DNA of 64,000 nucleotides. It comes from Candidatus Binatia bacterium (GTDB lineage Bacteria; Desulfobacterota; Binatia; UBA9968; CAXXLF01). A program made the position numbers and the translations under genes. A model generated the notes under the pieces. That model had not been told where the DNA came from. It saw nothing but the letters and a program-made list of their open reading frames with translations, and did no database searches. This document shows, in pieces, positions 18,742 through 27,855 of the stretch. The stretch spans positions 1,088,001 to 1,152,000 of the forward strand of contig CAXXLF010000001.1 of the NCBI GenBank assembly GCA_963664015.2, written 5' to 3'. How positions within the stretch are numbered: the stretch's first letter is position 1; each line of letters opens with the position of its first letter.

Positions 18742-20145
18742 CTAATCTCCCATGGACTTATACGCCGTCAGAACTTTCTCCATCGCGACACCCCGGGACC
18801 CTTTGAATAACATCCAGTCGCCTCTACGGGTCTCACGACGGATCCGCCGAGCCAGGCCCCGATGATTGCTCCCTATGATTACCCGATCGACTGCCATTCC
18901 TCCTCGCAGGGCACCGGCCTTGACCTCCGCCGCGTACTGGCCCAGGAGGTAAAGCCGACCCACCTGATGGCATGCGACGTTCTTTCCAAGTTCCCGGTGG
19001 CTTTTCTCGCTTTGCTTTCCGAGCTCGAGCATGTCCCCTAGAACGGCTATCTTTTCCCCGGATCCTTTGATTTCCATCAGCGTGCGCAGGGCGGCCTCCA
19101 TAGAGGCTGGGTTAGCATTGTAAGCATCGTTGATGATTCCCACTCCCTTGTAGCGCTCAACGTTCATCCTCATGGGCACCGGCTTCAAGGACTCCAACCC
19201 CTTGGCTATGGCGTTGACATCCACACCAAGACCGTAAGCCATAGCCGCAGCCCCCAGGGCATTGCAGAGATTGTGCTCCCCGCTCACCCTGAGGTGAACG
19301 CGGCGGCGGGCCCCCTTCACCTTTAAAGTAAACTCCGTACCCTTCTCGCCCAGGTTTTTGACCCTTTCAGCGCGCACCTTCCCACCACGGCCGTAAGTAA
19401 CCTTCTCGTTTTTAATCGACTTGGCCAGTCGGCGAATCCACGGGTCGTCTAGGTTCACGATGGCGGTTCCTCGAGGGGTGAGGCGGCGGAAGAGGTCGCT
19501 CTTTTCCCGGGCAACGCCCCCCACGCTTCGCAATCCGCTCAAATGGGCCGGTGCAACGGAGGTTATCAAAGCGATGTCGGGGTCCGCGATCTCAGTCAAT
19601 CGACGGATCTCCCCAGGTTGACTGGTGCCCAATTCCACAATGGCCACCTTTTCTTCCCCGGTGAGGCCAAGGAGAGTCAGCGGCAATCCCACCAGATTGT
19701 TGTAGTTTCCCGGCGTTTTTAGCACCTTACCTTTAAGACGGATGCCCCCGATGGACGCCCTCTCCACAATGGCCGCAACCATCTCTTTCGTTGTAGTCTT
19801 TCCATTGGAACCTGTAATGGCCAGGACTCTTGGAGCGGTCTTCCAACGCCAGTAATGAGCCATGTCACCAAGGGCCTGCAGCGTGTTTTGCACCTGAATG
19901 ACCGTGGCCTTACGAAAGCGACGGCTTCGCGTTCTTTTATGCACGACCAGGCAGCCGGCGCCGCAACGTGCGGCTTCCTCGAGAAAGACATGGCCATCAA
20001 AACGTTCTCCCTCCAAGGCAACAAAGGCTGACCGTCGCCCTACCCGCCGCGAATCGGTGACGATATCGCTAAAGAGGGTGTCGTTCCCCTGCCGTATCAT
20101 CGTCCCTCCCGTCGCCGTAAGGATATCCTCTCGCGTCCATTTCAT
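18742..20145 (-). CDS. murF: UDP-MurNAc-tripeptide-D-Ala-D-Ala ligase
   Basis: TDSR, ITGSNGKTTTK, NYNNLVGLP, NDAYNANP, GDMLELG, KGSRG; probable start at 20145. Confidence 0.97.
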   Translation of the reverse strand: MKWTREDILTATGGTMIRQGNDTLFSDIVTDSRRVGRRSAFVALEGERFDGHVFLEEAARCGAGCLVVHKRTRSRRFRKATVIQVQNTLQALGDMAHYWRWKTAPRVLAITGSNGKTTTKEMVAAIVERASIGGIRLKGKVLKTPGNYNNLVGLPLTLLGLTGEEKVAIVELGTSQPGEIRRLTEIADPDIALITSVAPAHLSGLRSVGGVAREKSDLFRRLTPRGTAIVNLDDPWIRRLAKSIKNEKVTYGRGGKVRAERVKNLGEKGTEFTLKVKGARRRVHLRVSGEHNLCNALGAAAMAYGLGVDVNAIAKGLESLKPVPMRMNVERYKGVGIINDAYNANPASMEAALRTLMEIKGSGEKIAVLGDMLELGKQSEKSHRELGKNVACHQVGRLYLLGQYAAEVKAGALRGGMAVDRVIIGSNHRGLARRIRRETRRGDWMLFKGSRGVAMEKVLTAYKSMGD

Positions 20146-20155
20146 GAAAGGCCCA

Positions 20156-21697
20156 TCACGCCGGCAGTTGTTCCATCTCTTCACGGATCACTTCGCGATC
20201 GTCGAAGTGAATCTTTTTCTTGCCCAAGATCTGGTAGTCCTCGTGCCCTTTTCCTGCAACAAGGATCAGATCGTCCGCCCGTGCTAGTTGAAGCGCCCAA
20301 CGAATGGCAGTGCGTCGATCCGCCTCGACCCAATACCGTTTGTCGGTCGATGCCATTTCAGATCCGGGCTCCGAATCCCGAACCTTTCTCAATCCCTGCC
20401 TTCGAATCCCGTCTTCGATCTCATCCAAAATACGATTGGGATCTTCCGTACGAGGATTGTCCGAAGTCAGAATGACCAGGTCGCCGTACCGACCTGCAAT
20501 CTCTCCCATGAGTGACCGTTTACCGCGATCCCGATCCCCACCACAGCCAAAGAGCACGATCAACCGCCCCCGGGATAACGGTCCGATGGCTTGAAGCATC
20601 TTTTCTAGAGCGTCCGGGGTGTGAGCGTAGTCAACCAATATGGTCAATCCGCGACGATTATGAATCCTTTCCAATCTTCCCGGAACCATACCGACCTTGG
20701 CCACGCCTTTAACGATCACCGAGTTCGGTATCCCCAGGGCAAATCCCACGGCAATCGCCCCCATGACGTTTTCCATATTGGCTGTGCCAATCAGCCCCGT
20801 CGAAAATGGCACCCGTTGGCCTTTGATTTGAACGGTTCCACGCAATCCATCCAGATCACTTGTGAAATCGACCGGGTGGATATCCCAATGGGGTTCGAGG
20901 CCATAACTCACGACCTCAAGACCTGTCGGCGCGACGCGCTCGATCAGTTCGCGCCCCCGGGGGTCGGAACCATGAATGACGGCAAACTTTCGCAATTTAG
21001 AGCTCTCAACCAGATAATCCGTAAAGAGCTTGGTCTTGGTCAGGAAATAACGCTCCATCTCACCGTGAAAATCCAAATGGTCGCGTGAAAGATTAGTAAA
21101 GAGTGCACCGTCGAAGTCGATCCCCCTGACCCGTTCCATATCCAAGGCATGGGAGGAGACTTCCATCCCCACTGAACGCACGCCGGCATTCGCCATTTCC
21201 GCCACCAGGGCCTGGAGATCAACGGATTCGGGCGTCGTATAGGGAGCAGGTAAAACGCGATCCCCGTAGCGATAGTTAATGGTGCCAATAATTCCGCTGG
21301 GCATACCGGCCGACGCAAAAATGGATTCCAAAAGATAGGTTGCCGTGGTCTTTCCGTTGGTACCGGTGACTCCGACCAAAACCATACGCTGGCTCGGATG
21401 AGCGTAAAAGGCCGCTGCCCATAGCCCCATGGTCCGTCTCACGTTTCGCACCCGTACCCAGGTTACGGATTCGGGCACTGCAACCTTGCGCTCCAGAACG
21501 ACGGCCGCTGCACCACGCTCCACGGCTTCGGCTACGAATTCATGGCCATCGTTGGAGCTACCGGGGAAGGCAAAGAAGACATCTCCCTGCTTCACATTTC
21601 TTGAATCATAAACCAGTCCCGCCACCGGTTGATCCGAACTCCCTTCGACTTCTTCCACGTCCCCCATTTTAAGTAATTCCTTGAGCCGCATCCTCAT
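20156..21697 (-). CDS. murE: UDP-MurNAc-dipeptide-meso-DAP ligase
   Basis: TGTNGKTT, MEVSSH, DHLDFH, VDYAHTPD, GCGGDRD, DNPR (meso-DAP specificity motif), GKGHE. Confidence 0.98.
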   Translation of the reverse strand: MRMRLKELLKMGDVEEVEGSSDQPVAGLVYDSRNVKQGDVFFAFPGSSNDGHEFVAEAVERGAAAVVLERKVAVPESVTWVRVRNVRRTMGLWAAAFYAHPSQRMVLVGVTGTNGKTTATYLLESIFASAGMPSGIIGTINYRYGDRVLPAPYTTPESVDLQALVAEMANAGVRSVGMEVSSHALDMERVRGIDFDGALFTNLSRDHLDFHGEMERYFLTKTKLFTDYLVESSKLRKFAVIHGSDPRGRELIERVAPTGLEVVSYGLEPHWDIHPVDFTSDLDGLRGTVQIKGQRVPFSTGLIGTANMENVMGAIAVGFALGIPNSVIVKGVAKVGMVPGRLERIHNRRGLTILVDYAHTPDALEKMLQAIGPLSRGRLIVLFGCGGDRDRGKRSLMGEIAGRYGDLVILTSDNPRTEDPNRILDEIEDGIRRQGLRKVRDSEPGSEMASTDKRYWVEADRRTAIRWALQLARADDLILVAGKGHEDYQILGKKKIHFDDREVIREEMEQLPA

Positions 21698-23649
21698 TGG
21701 TCCCGTAGCGTCATTGTCAAAGTCTCTCCCTCATCCCAGCGCGTCCCCGGCAAAGGCGCTTGCCGGACTACGTATCCATGCCCTTTGATTTCGACCTGAA
21801 GGTTTAGCGTTTTTGCCTTGGTTACGGCTTCGCGAAGACTCAACCCCGTAAAGTCCGGGAAACCCGTGGTCCTCTTAATGTGGTGGACCCTCGGGTTTTG
21901 TTTATGGGTTAGGACGAGCTTCTCGACAGCCGACGCAGGTCGAAGCTTTACCGCCTCTCGCTGGGGAACGATTCCCAAGTGACGGAGGGCGCTATGGGCG
22001 ATGGTCCGAAAGAGGGGAGCCGCAATGATTCCTCCGAATACTCCCACCTCGGGTTCGTCGAGTATAACCAAGAGCACCAACCGGGGATCTTCCGCTGGGA
22101 CAAAGCCCACAAAGGACGCAACCCGCTTCTCGGCCGAGTACCCACCATGGATCAAGTCCGGCTTCTGCGATGTCCCCGTCTTTCCGGCAACTCGAAACCC
22201 TTCCACCTGGGCCAGGGCTCCCGTTCCTCCCTCGCCCACGACTCCTCCCAGCATAGACGTCATAGTGCGTGCCGTTTTTTCCGAGAGGACACGTCGAACG
22301 ACGTGTGATTGTTGAGACAAAAGAACCCGACCCTTATTATCCACCACTCGCTCCACCACAAAAGGGCGCATAAGAAATCCGCCGTTGGCGATAGCCGCGT
22401 AGGCCGTCACCAGTTGTATTGGAGTGACTGCAATTCCCTGACCGAAGGCATGGGTTGCCAAGTCGACTTGCGCCCATTTGGCGGTAGGTCGTACCAACCC
22501 CTGGGTCTCCCCGAGCAGATTAATCCCGGTGCGTTGACCAAATCCGAATTTTTTAATGTACTTAAAATACCTCTCCTTACCCAACCGCTCCGCTATCTTG
22601 GTGGCCCCGATGTTACTGGAGACCTTAAAAATCATGTCAAGATCGAGCCAACCGTGAGGTTTTTGATCGTGAATAATCCTGCCACCGAAAGCATATCGGC
22701 CCATCTCACAATAAAAAAGATCATCTCTGCCTACGACACCTTCCTGCAGCGCAGCCGCAGCAACCATCGCCTTGAACGTGGACCCAGGCTCGTAACTATC
22801 GGTGATACCCCGAATCCGCCGCCATTGGGACGGAAACCGGGAAAATCGATTAGGGTCGAAGAAAGGAAAATGCGCCAACGCCAGGACTTTTCCTGTAAAC
22901 GGTTCCAAAATAATCGCTATCCCGCTCTTAGCCCTGGAACCGGCAACCGCCGCTTCTAGCTGTTTTTCGACCAGGTTTTGAATGGCGGCATCCAGAGTCA
23001 AATGGATGTCCGCCCCCGGTGGGACCTCAAGTCCCTCGACTCCTTGCATCATCACCCGGCGTCCAAAGGCATCGCGTTCCACTAGGGGAGAACCCAATTC
23101 ACCGCGGATATACCGATCATAGTTGGCTTCCACGCCTTCGAGTCCCTTGGAATCACGACCGACAAAACCGATTATCTGACCAGCCAAGCGGCCGTGGGGG
23201 TAGTATCGCTTGGGCTCGTCAACCGTCCCCACACCCTCTAGACCGAACGAATGAACCCGTTGCGATTCCTTGGGCGTTACTTGCCGCTTGAGCCACACAA
23301 ATGGACGGTCGGATTTTAGTTTACGTTGCAAATCAGCCGTTTCCATTCCCAATGCGCTTGCGAGTTTCGGCGCCGCGGCACGGGGATTTTTGACGCTGGG
23401 TGGCCGGACATAGACAGACTCGGACTCCAGACTGATGGCCAGCGACTCACCCGATCGATCCAGAATGGAACCCCGCTTGGGCAGCAGGATCCACTTCTGG
23501 ACACGCTGTTTATCACCAAGCTTCGTAAGCCTGTCCCCCTGTAGGATCTGTAGCTGAAAGGCACGTACCCCCAAGACCAGAAACAGGATGAGGAAGAAGC
23601 CCCCCGCAATGGCGATACGGGCTCGAACCCATTTACGGTTTTCTTTCAT
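21694..23649 (-). CDS. ftsI: Septal transpeptidase PBP3 with C-terminal PASTA domain
   Basis: RGSILDR, GLE, STFK, SSN, KTGT; PASTA-like FPDFTGLSLREA. Confidence 0.96.
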   Translation of the reverse strand: MKENRKWVRARIAIAGGFFLILFLVLGVRAFQLQILQGDRLTKLGDKQRVQKWILLPKRGSILDRSGESLAISLESESVYVRPPSVKNPRAAAPKLASALGMETADLQRKLKSDRPFVWLKRQVTPKESQRVHSFGLEGVGTVDEPKRYYPHGRLAGQIIGFVGRDSKGLEGVEANYDRYIRGELGSPLVERDAFGRRVMMQGVEGLEVPPGADIHLTLDAAIQNLVEKQLEAAVAGSRAKSGIAIILEPFTGKVLALAHFPFFDPNRFSRFPSQWRRIRGITDSYEPGSTFKAMVAAAALQEGVVGRDDLFYCEMGRYAFGGRIIHDQKPHGWLDLDMIFKVSSNIGATKIAERLGKERYFKYIKKFGFGQRTGINLLGETQGLVRPTAKWAQVDLATHAFGQGIAVTPIQLVTAYAAIANGGFLMRPFVVERVVDNKGRVLLSQQSHVVRRVLSEKTARTMTSMLGGVVGEGGTGALAQVEGFRVAGKTGTSQKPDLIHGGYSAEKRVASFVGFVPAEDPRLVLLVILDEPEVGVFGGIIAAPLFRTIAHSALRHLGIVPQREAVKLRPASAVEKLVLTHKQNPRVHHIKRTTGFPDFTGLSLREAVTKAKTLNLQVEIKGHGYVVRQAPLPGTRWDEGETLTMTLRDQ

Positions 23650-23999
23650 GGGAGATTAACCAACTGATCCTTTTCCGGCTCTCTCAGTCCCAGTCGATCC
23701 TTAGCCCGTGTTTCCAAGCGGTCGGGTGAGGTCAGGGTCGCAAGCTCCAAACGAAGCTCACGGTTCTCCTGCTCCAACTGTCCCTGGAGCTTGCTCGTCG
23801 CGGAGAGAACGTAACCGAGCCGAATCACTTGCAACCTCAACCAAACGTGGGACAGGGCTAAACCGACCAGACACCCCATCAAAAGAAAAAAGGTCAAAAA
23901 TCCCCTGACCCACTTGGCTTCGTTGCCACGTCTCTTGGCCCGCCCCTTGGTAGAGGCACTCCCTCGTAACTTGACCCCACGATCCATTAACACCGGCAC
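23646..23999 (-). CDS. ftsL: Cell division protein FtsL
   Basis: TM plus leucine coiled coil, L.SP.RLE..A...LGL; lies between rsmH and ftsI. Confidence 0.9.
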   Translation of the reverse strand: MPVLMDRGVKLRGSASTKGRAKRRGNEAKWVRGFLTFFLLMGCLVGLALSHVWLRLQVIRLGYVLSATSKLQGQLEQENRELRLELATLTSPDRLETRAKDRLGLREPEKDQLVNLP

Positions 24000-24004
24000 G
24001 CCCG

Positions 24005-24952
24005 TTATAAGCCCTCAACAGCCCTAAGCTTGGCGGAACGGGCTCTTGGATTGGCACGGATCTCTTCGCTGGAGGGGAGCAGGGGCCTAGGGGTCAGGAC
24101 CGTAGCCTTCTTGCTCCAGCCACAGCAGCACTGGGGGATTCTGGGTGGACATACACAGTCCCGAGCCCACATGGCGAACGCCCTCTTGACCAGCCTATCC
24201 TCAAGTGAATGAAAGGAGATCACGACCATCCGGCCTTTGGCCAGAAGCAACTCATAGGCATCTTTTAAAAATGTCTCTAGAAGTTCAAGCTCCCGGTTAA
24301 CGGCAATCCGAATAGCCTGAAAGGTCCGCGTAGCCGGATGAACCCTGGGTTTTCCTTTCACGGTTTTTTGACCACCTCTCACAGCGATCCGTATAATTTC
24401 TGCCAGTTGTCTGGTGGTTACAATCTGTTGTTCCCGACGCGAGGCATCGATGGCCAAGGCTATGCGCCGCCACCTGGGCTCTTCACCGTAATCCCGGATC
24501 AATTGCTCCAGTTCGTTGACGGGAAAGTCGTTCACCACCTGGAAGGCATCCAGTGTTTGGCGCCTATCCATTCGCATATCCAGCCTAGCCTCCGACTGGA
24601 AGCTAAAGCCCCGCTCGGTTGATGACAGTTGATAAGAGGAGATTCCGAGGTCTAGGAGTATCCCATCGACCTTACCCCACTTCATCTCCCCCAAGATCTC
24701 CCCGGCCTTGGTAAAATCGGCCCGGCATGTCACAACGCGCCCGCCGAACCATTGCAGCCGCTCCCCTGCAGCCGCCAAGGCCTCCTCATCTCTATCTAAT
24801 CCAAGCAGCTGTCCATTGGGACCACTATTGGCCAGCACTTGCTCCGCATGCCCTCCCCCTCCAAGGGTGCCGTCCAGATACCGTCTTCTAGGTCCCGGTT
24901 GAAGAATATCGAGAACCTCCTGAACCATGACCGGGGCATGCGAAAATTCCAT
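24005..24952 (-). CDS. rsmH: 16S rRNA m4C1402 methyltransferase
   Basis: HAPVM, DGTLGGGGH, DLGISS, LDMRMD, FQAIRIAVN, NPRARSAKLR; probable start at 24952. Confidence 0.98.
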   Translation of the reverse strand: MEFSHAPVMVQEVLDILQPGPRRRYLDGTLGGGGHAEQVLANSGPNGQLLGLDRDEEALAAAGERLQWFGGRVVTCRADFTKAGEILGEMKWGKVDGILLDLGISSYQLSSTERGFSFQSEARLDMRMDRRQTLDAFQVVNDFPVNELEQLIRDYGEEPRWRRIALAIDASRREQQIVTTRQLAEIIRIAVRGGQKTVKGKPRVHPATRTFQAIRIAVNRELELLETFLKDAYELLLAKGRMVVISFHSLEDRLVKRAFAMWARDCVCPPRIPQCCCGWSKKATVLTPRPLLPSSEEIRANPRARSAKLRAVEGL

Positions 24953-24968
24953 AAAACTATTTATTCCT

Positions 24969-25331
24969 TCAGTGATACGTGCCGGTCCCCTCCCAATCCT
25001 CATCAAAACTCTCAATGGCCTCTTCTAGTGAAGTATACTCTTCGAAAAACTGATCCATACCAGCGACCCTAAAGATTGTTCGGAGGTAAGGACCCATGCC
25101 TGCGAGTTTCAAATCACCGTTAAGGCTCCTCAAGATTTTCAAGCGCTCGAGCAGCACTCCAATGCTAAGGTAGTTGATATGATCCACAGCCTTCAGATTC
25201 AAAACCACCTTGGTCCGGTCGATATCAATCAAGGAACCAATGACGTTTTTGATACGCAGCATCTCGCGGAAATCGATATCCCCGTTAACATCGATCACCG
25301 AGATGTCTTGAATAACGTTTCGTTCCAGCAT
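24969..25331 (-). CDS. STAS-domain (anti-sigma antagonist-like) protein
   Basis: GDID, VVLNL..V, GDLKL, IFRVAG, F..Y.SLEEA; AGGGAGG RBS before ATG at 25331. Confidence 0.85.
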   Translation of the reverse strand: MLERNVIQDISVIDVNGDIDFREMLRIKNVIGSLIDIDRTKVVLNLKAVDHINYLSIGVLLERLKILRSLNGDLKLAGMGPYLRTIFRVAGMDQFFEEYTSLEEAIESFDEDWEGTGTYH

Positions 25332-25382
25332 GTCGTCCCTCCCTAGCCTACGGCTCACGGACAACGGGCAAGCAACCTTACC

Positions 25383-25835
25383 CTAGAGTCCCAAGTCAAC
25401 AAGAAAATCAGGGTCCTGCATCAGTTTATCTTCAGCCTCAGCAAAGACTTTTTTCCAAATTTCCTTATCCCAAACCCGAAACTTTTCCAGGGCCGCTACC
25501 AGCACCACGTCCCGTTTAAGGTTTACGTATTGACGTAGCAGAGGTGGAATTAGGATACGGCCCTGTTTATCTACTGCACACTCACACGCCCCTCCCAGAT
25601 AGTAGTTTTGGAACATCATCATCCGTCGGTCGAACTTGGGTTTTTTCTTGATTTCTTCTTCGAAGTGGAGCCATTCGTCCAGGGGGTAGACATCCAGGCA
25701 GCGTCTGGAATCAATGACGAAGTTGGTAATCACCAATCGTTCGTCTCCTTTTCCTAGAAGGACTTCACGAAACTTGGAGGGAATGCTCAGGCGTCCCTTG
25801 GAGTCGATGGTATGTTCATGCGTTCCGCGAAACAT
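25383..25835 (-). CDS. mraZ: dcw repressor MraZ
   Basis: FRG..HTIDSKGRLSIP and VDKQGRILIP tandem AbrB/SpoVT repeats. Confidence 0.98.
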   Translation of the reverse strand: MFRGTHEHTIDSKGRLSIPSKFREVLLGKGDERLVITNFVIDSRRCLDVYPLDEWLHFEEEIKKKPKFDRRMMMFQNYYLGGACECAVDKQGRILIPPLLRQYVNLKRDVVLVAALEKFRVWDKEIWKKVFAEAEDKLMQDPDFLVDLGL

Positions 25836-25861
25836 GGTATTGGGCTACTATGGGAGAATCT

Positions 25862-25878
25862 TCCACTTTACCCCACAT
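25862..25878 (-). promoter_or_regulatory. MraZ operator repeats
   Basis: ATGTGGGGTAAAGTGGA: GTGG units at 10-nt period just downstream of the promoter. Confidence 0.7.
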
Positions 25879-25886
25879 TGTGGCCG

Positions 25887-25915
25887 ACTATAACTTTCCG
25901 ACCTAACCCTGTCAA
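25887..25915 (-). promoter_or_regulatory. sigma70 promoter of the dcw operon
   Basis: TTGACA-17 nt-TATAGT. Confidence 0.85.
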
Positions 25916-25961
25916 TAAAAAAATGTAACGCAAAATCAATGTGAATAGCGGCTCACAGCAA

Positions 25962-26020
25962 GCACCATATGTAGATATCCGCATACGGTCAATCCGGTGA
26001 TGCGTACCCACATATGGTGG
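25962..26020. promoter_or_regulatory. Paired NrdR-box-like sites / 10-bp inverted repeat
   Basis: gcaCCATATGTAGata and tacCCACATATGGtgg, cores 43 bp apart; CACCATATGT...ACATATGGTG is a perfect inverted repeat. Confidence 0.45.
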
Positions 26021-26084
26021 CAGCCAATTTTTGGTTGGTGCGTTTAGGGACGCGAAATCGCGCCGTAGGAACACGTGGGGAAAC

Positions 26085-26552
26085 GGGCTAAAGTGGATCG
26101 GTAAGCCGGATTCTGTCAGGCCCCCTAATGAGGGGCCAGAACGATCATTCCTCTCAACCCATAATTGCTCATGGGGTCTAGCGACCTTACCCGAAGGTTT
26201 TGAGCGGACAACTCAACCCTCCTATTTGGTCTTGCTCCGGGTGGGGTTTACCTAGCATCCGCCATCACTGGTGGACCGGTGAGCTCTTACCTCGCCTTTT
26301 CACCCTTACCCCATGAAATAACCCGTTGGGCAACTGGAATCTCTGCAATGAAATTCCTACTTATGTTGCAGTTCCAGTTTAGCTTTACAGATTTTTATTT
26401 CATGGGGCGGTATGTTTTCTGTGGCACTTTCCCCCGATGACTCGGGGCCGCCGTTAACGGCCACCCTGTCCTGTGGAGTCCGGACTTTCCTCCCCCCACG
26501 GCGCCACCAATGCGGCGGCCGAGGGAAGCGACCGTTTGATCCACTTTAGCCC
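26085..26552 (-). ncRNA. rnpB: RNase P RNA, type A
   Basis: GAGGAAAGUCCGGACUCC, AGUGCCACAGAAA, GGGUGAAAAGGCGAGGUAAGAGC, ACAGAAUCCGGCUUA; P1 arms GGGCUAAAGUGGAUC / GAUCCACUUUAGCCC. Confidence 0.97.
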
Positions 26553-26639
26553 AAGTGATCTCGATACTCGTTTATTCGTTCACTCGTTCGTTTTCACTTC
26601 TTTCCCCGTTCCAAGGACAAACAGATTACGGATAGTCGA

Positions 26640-27068
26640 TTAACGTTGCGCAGGGGCTTCGTCGATAGCCCGGTTGGCAAGCCGGTCGGCTACTCGGTTA
26701 AATTCCCGCCGTACATGAGTCACGCCAAAAGCATCGAACCGCCCCAATAATTCCACCGCTTCTTGATGCAGCAACTTGAGATTTTCATTCTTAACGCGAT
26801 AGACCCCGTTGAGTTGGCGGACGAGCAACTCGGAATCACTCTGGATTTTAAGCCTTTTGGCTCCCCGTTTGATAGCTGCCTTAAGGCCCATCAGGAGGCC
26901 CTGGTACTCAGCCACGTTGTTTGTGGTCGTACCTAGATAAGTGAACAGCTCATCGATTACCGCTCCATTTTCGTCATAGATGACGGCACCGCATCCCGCT
27001 TGTCCAGGGTTACCCCTCGATGCCCCATCGACCATGAGACACCATTCCCCTCGGCGCTCAGACACCAT
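26640..27068 (-). CDS. rnhA: Ribonuclease HI family protein
   Basis: DGASRGNPG, NNVAEY, DSEL, RREFN..AD (catalytic D/E/D/D present). Confidence 0.9.
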   Translation of the reverse strand: MVSERRGEWCLMVDGASRGNPGQAGCGAVIYDENGAVIDELFTYLGTTTNNVAEYQGLLMGLKAAIKRGAKRLKIQSDSELLVRQLNGVYRVKNENLKLLHQEAVELLGRFDAFGVTHVRREFNRVADRLANRAIDEAPAQR

Positions 27069-27073
27069 AAAAC

Positions 27074-27802
27074 CTAGATCTGCTTATCCTCGGTAGACGA
27101 TGACTCGTAGTAAAGGATACGATGACAGCTGGGACACATGTTGAGCTTGTCGTTCCTTATGATCTCATTCCATAGCTGGGGAGGGATATTCATGTGGCAG
27201 CCCTCGCAGATCCCCGCAGAGGCAGTGACCACAGCCATGCCGCCGCGGCGGGCAAAAATGAGCTCATAGCGTCCGATGAGATCGCCATTGAGGCTTGCAG
27301 CGGTCTCTTGGCGGACCTTGATCGCTTCGGCTACTGACTGCTCGATTTCGACCAACTGGGTATCGAAATCTTTCCTTCTCTCAGCCCATGTCTCCTCCAG
27401 GGACTTTAGCTCATCTTCCTTTTCCTTGAGGATACTGGCTTCGCCCTCCAGCTCGGTCATGGCGGTGACTACTTCTTCCTCCAATTGGCCGTTGGCCTGT
27501 TTGATTTGCTCAATTTCCCTCTGAAGTGCTTGCATCTCTTTGATATTCTTGATTTGTGTCATCCGCATCCGTTTATCCGCGGCTCGCTTCCCATCCAGCT
27601 GGAGTTGTTTTTCCTTTTCCTGTCTCAGCTTGTCCTTAGTTTCCCATTCGGCTCGGAGGGTTCCGCCATCGGCACGCTTGGTATCGATTTCCTGTTCCTT
27701 CTCACGGATTTCCTTTAGCAGTTCTTCCTTCGCCTCCGTTTGATCCCGTATCTTTCGATCCAAATTCTGTAACGACGCTAAGACCTCTATCTGCTCGCGC
27801 AA
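27074..27802 (-). CDS. Coiled-coil protein with C4 zinc ribbon
   Basis: Long coiled coil, CEGCH...CPSCHRILY; AGGAGG RBS before TTG. Confidence 0.92.
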   Translation of the reverse strand: MREQIEVLASLQNLDRKIRDQTEAKEELLKEIREKEQEIDTKRADGGTLRAEWETKDKLRQEKEKQLQLDGKRAADKRMRMTQIKNIKEMQALQREIEQIKQANGQLEEEVVTAMTELEGEASILKEKEDELKSLEETWAERRKDFDTQLVEIEQSVAEAIKVRQETAASLNGDLIGRYELIFARRGGMAVVTASAGICEGCHMNIPPQLWNEIIRNDKLNMCPSCHRILYYESSSTEDKQI

Positions 27803-27821
27803 CTTACAACCTCCTATCGTT

Positions 27822-27855
27822 AAAAAAAGAAATGCACCCTTGTGGGTGCATTTCG
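27822..27855 (-). terminator. Hairpin plus U-tract just upstream of the zinc-ribbon RBS
   Basis: GAAAUGCACCC-ACAA-GGGUGCAUUUC-UUUUUUU. Confidence 0.75.

Noticed and set aside
25868-26255. Short ORFs between mraZ and rnpB
   Set aside because: They overlap the dcw promoter or the RNase P RNA.
27833-27850. TGCACC-N6-GGTGCA as an NtrC site
   Set aside because: One base longer than the 17-bp NtrC palindrome and better explained as a hairpin stem with a U-tract.
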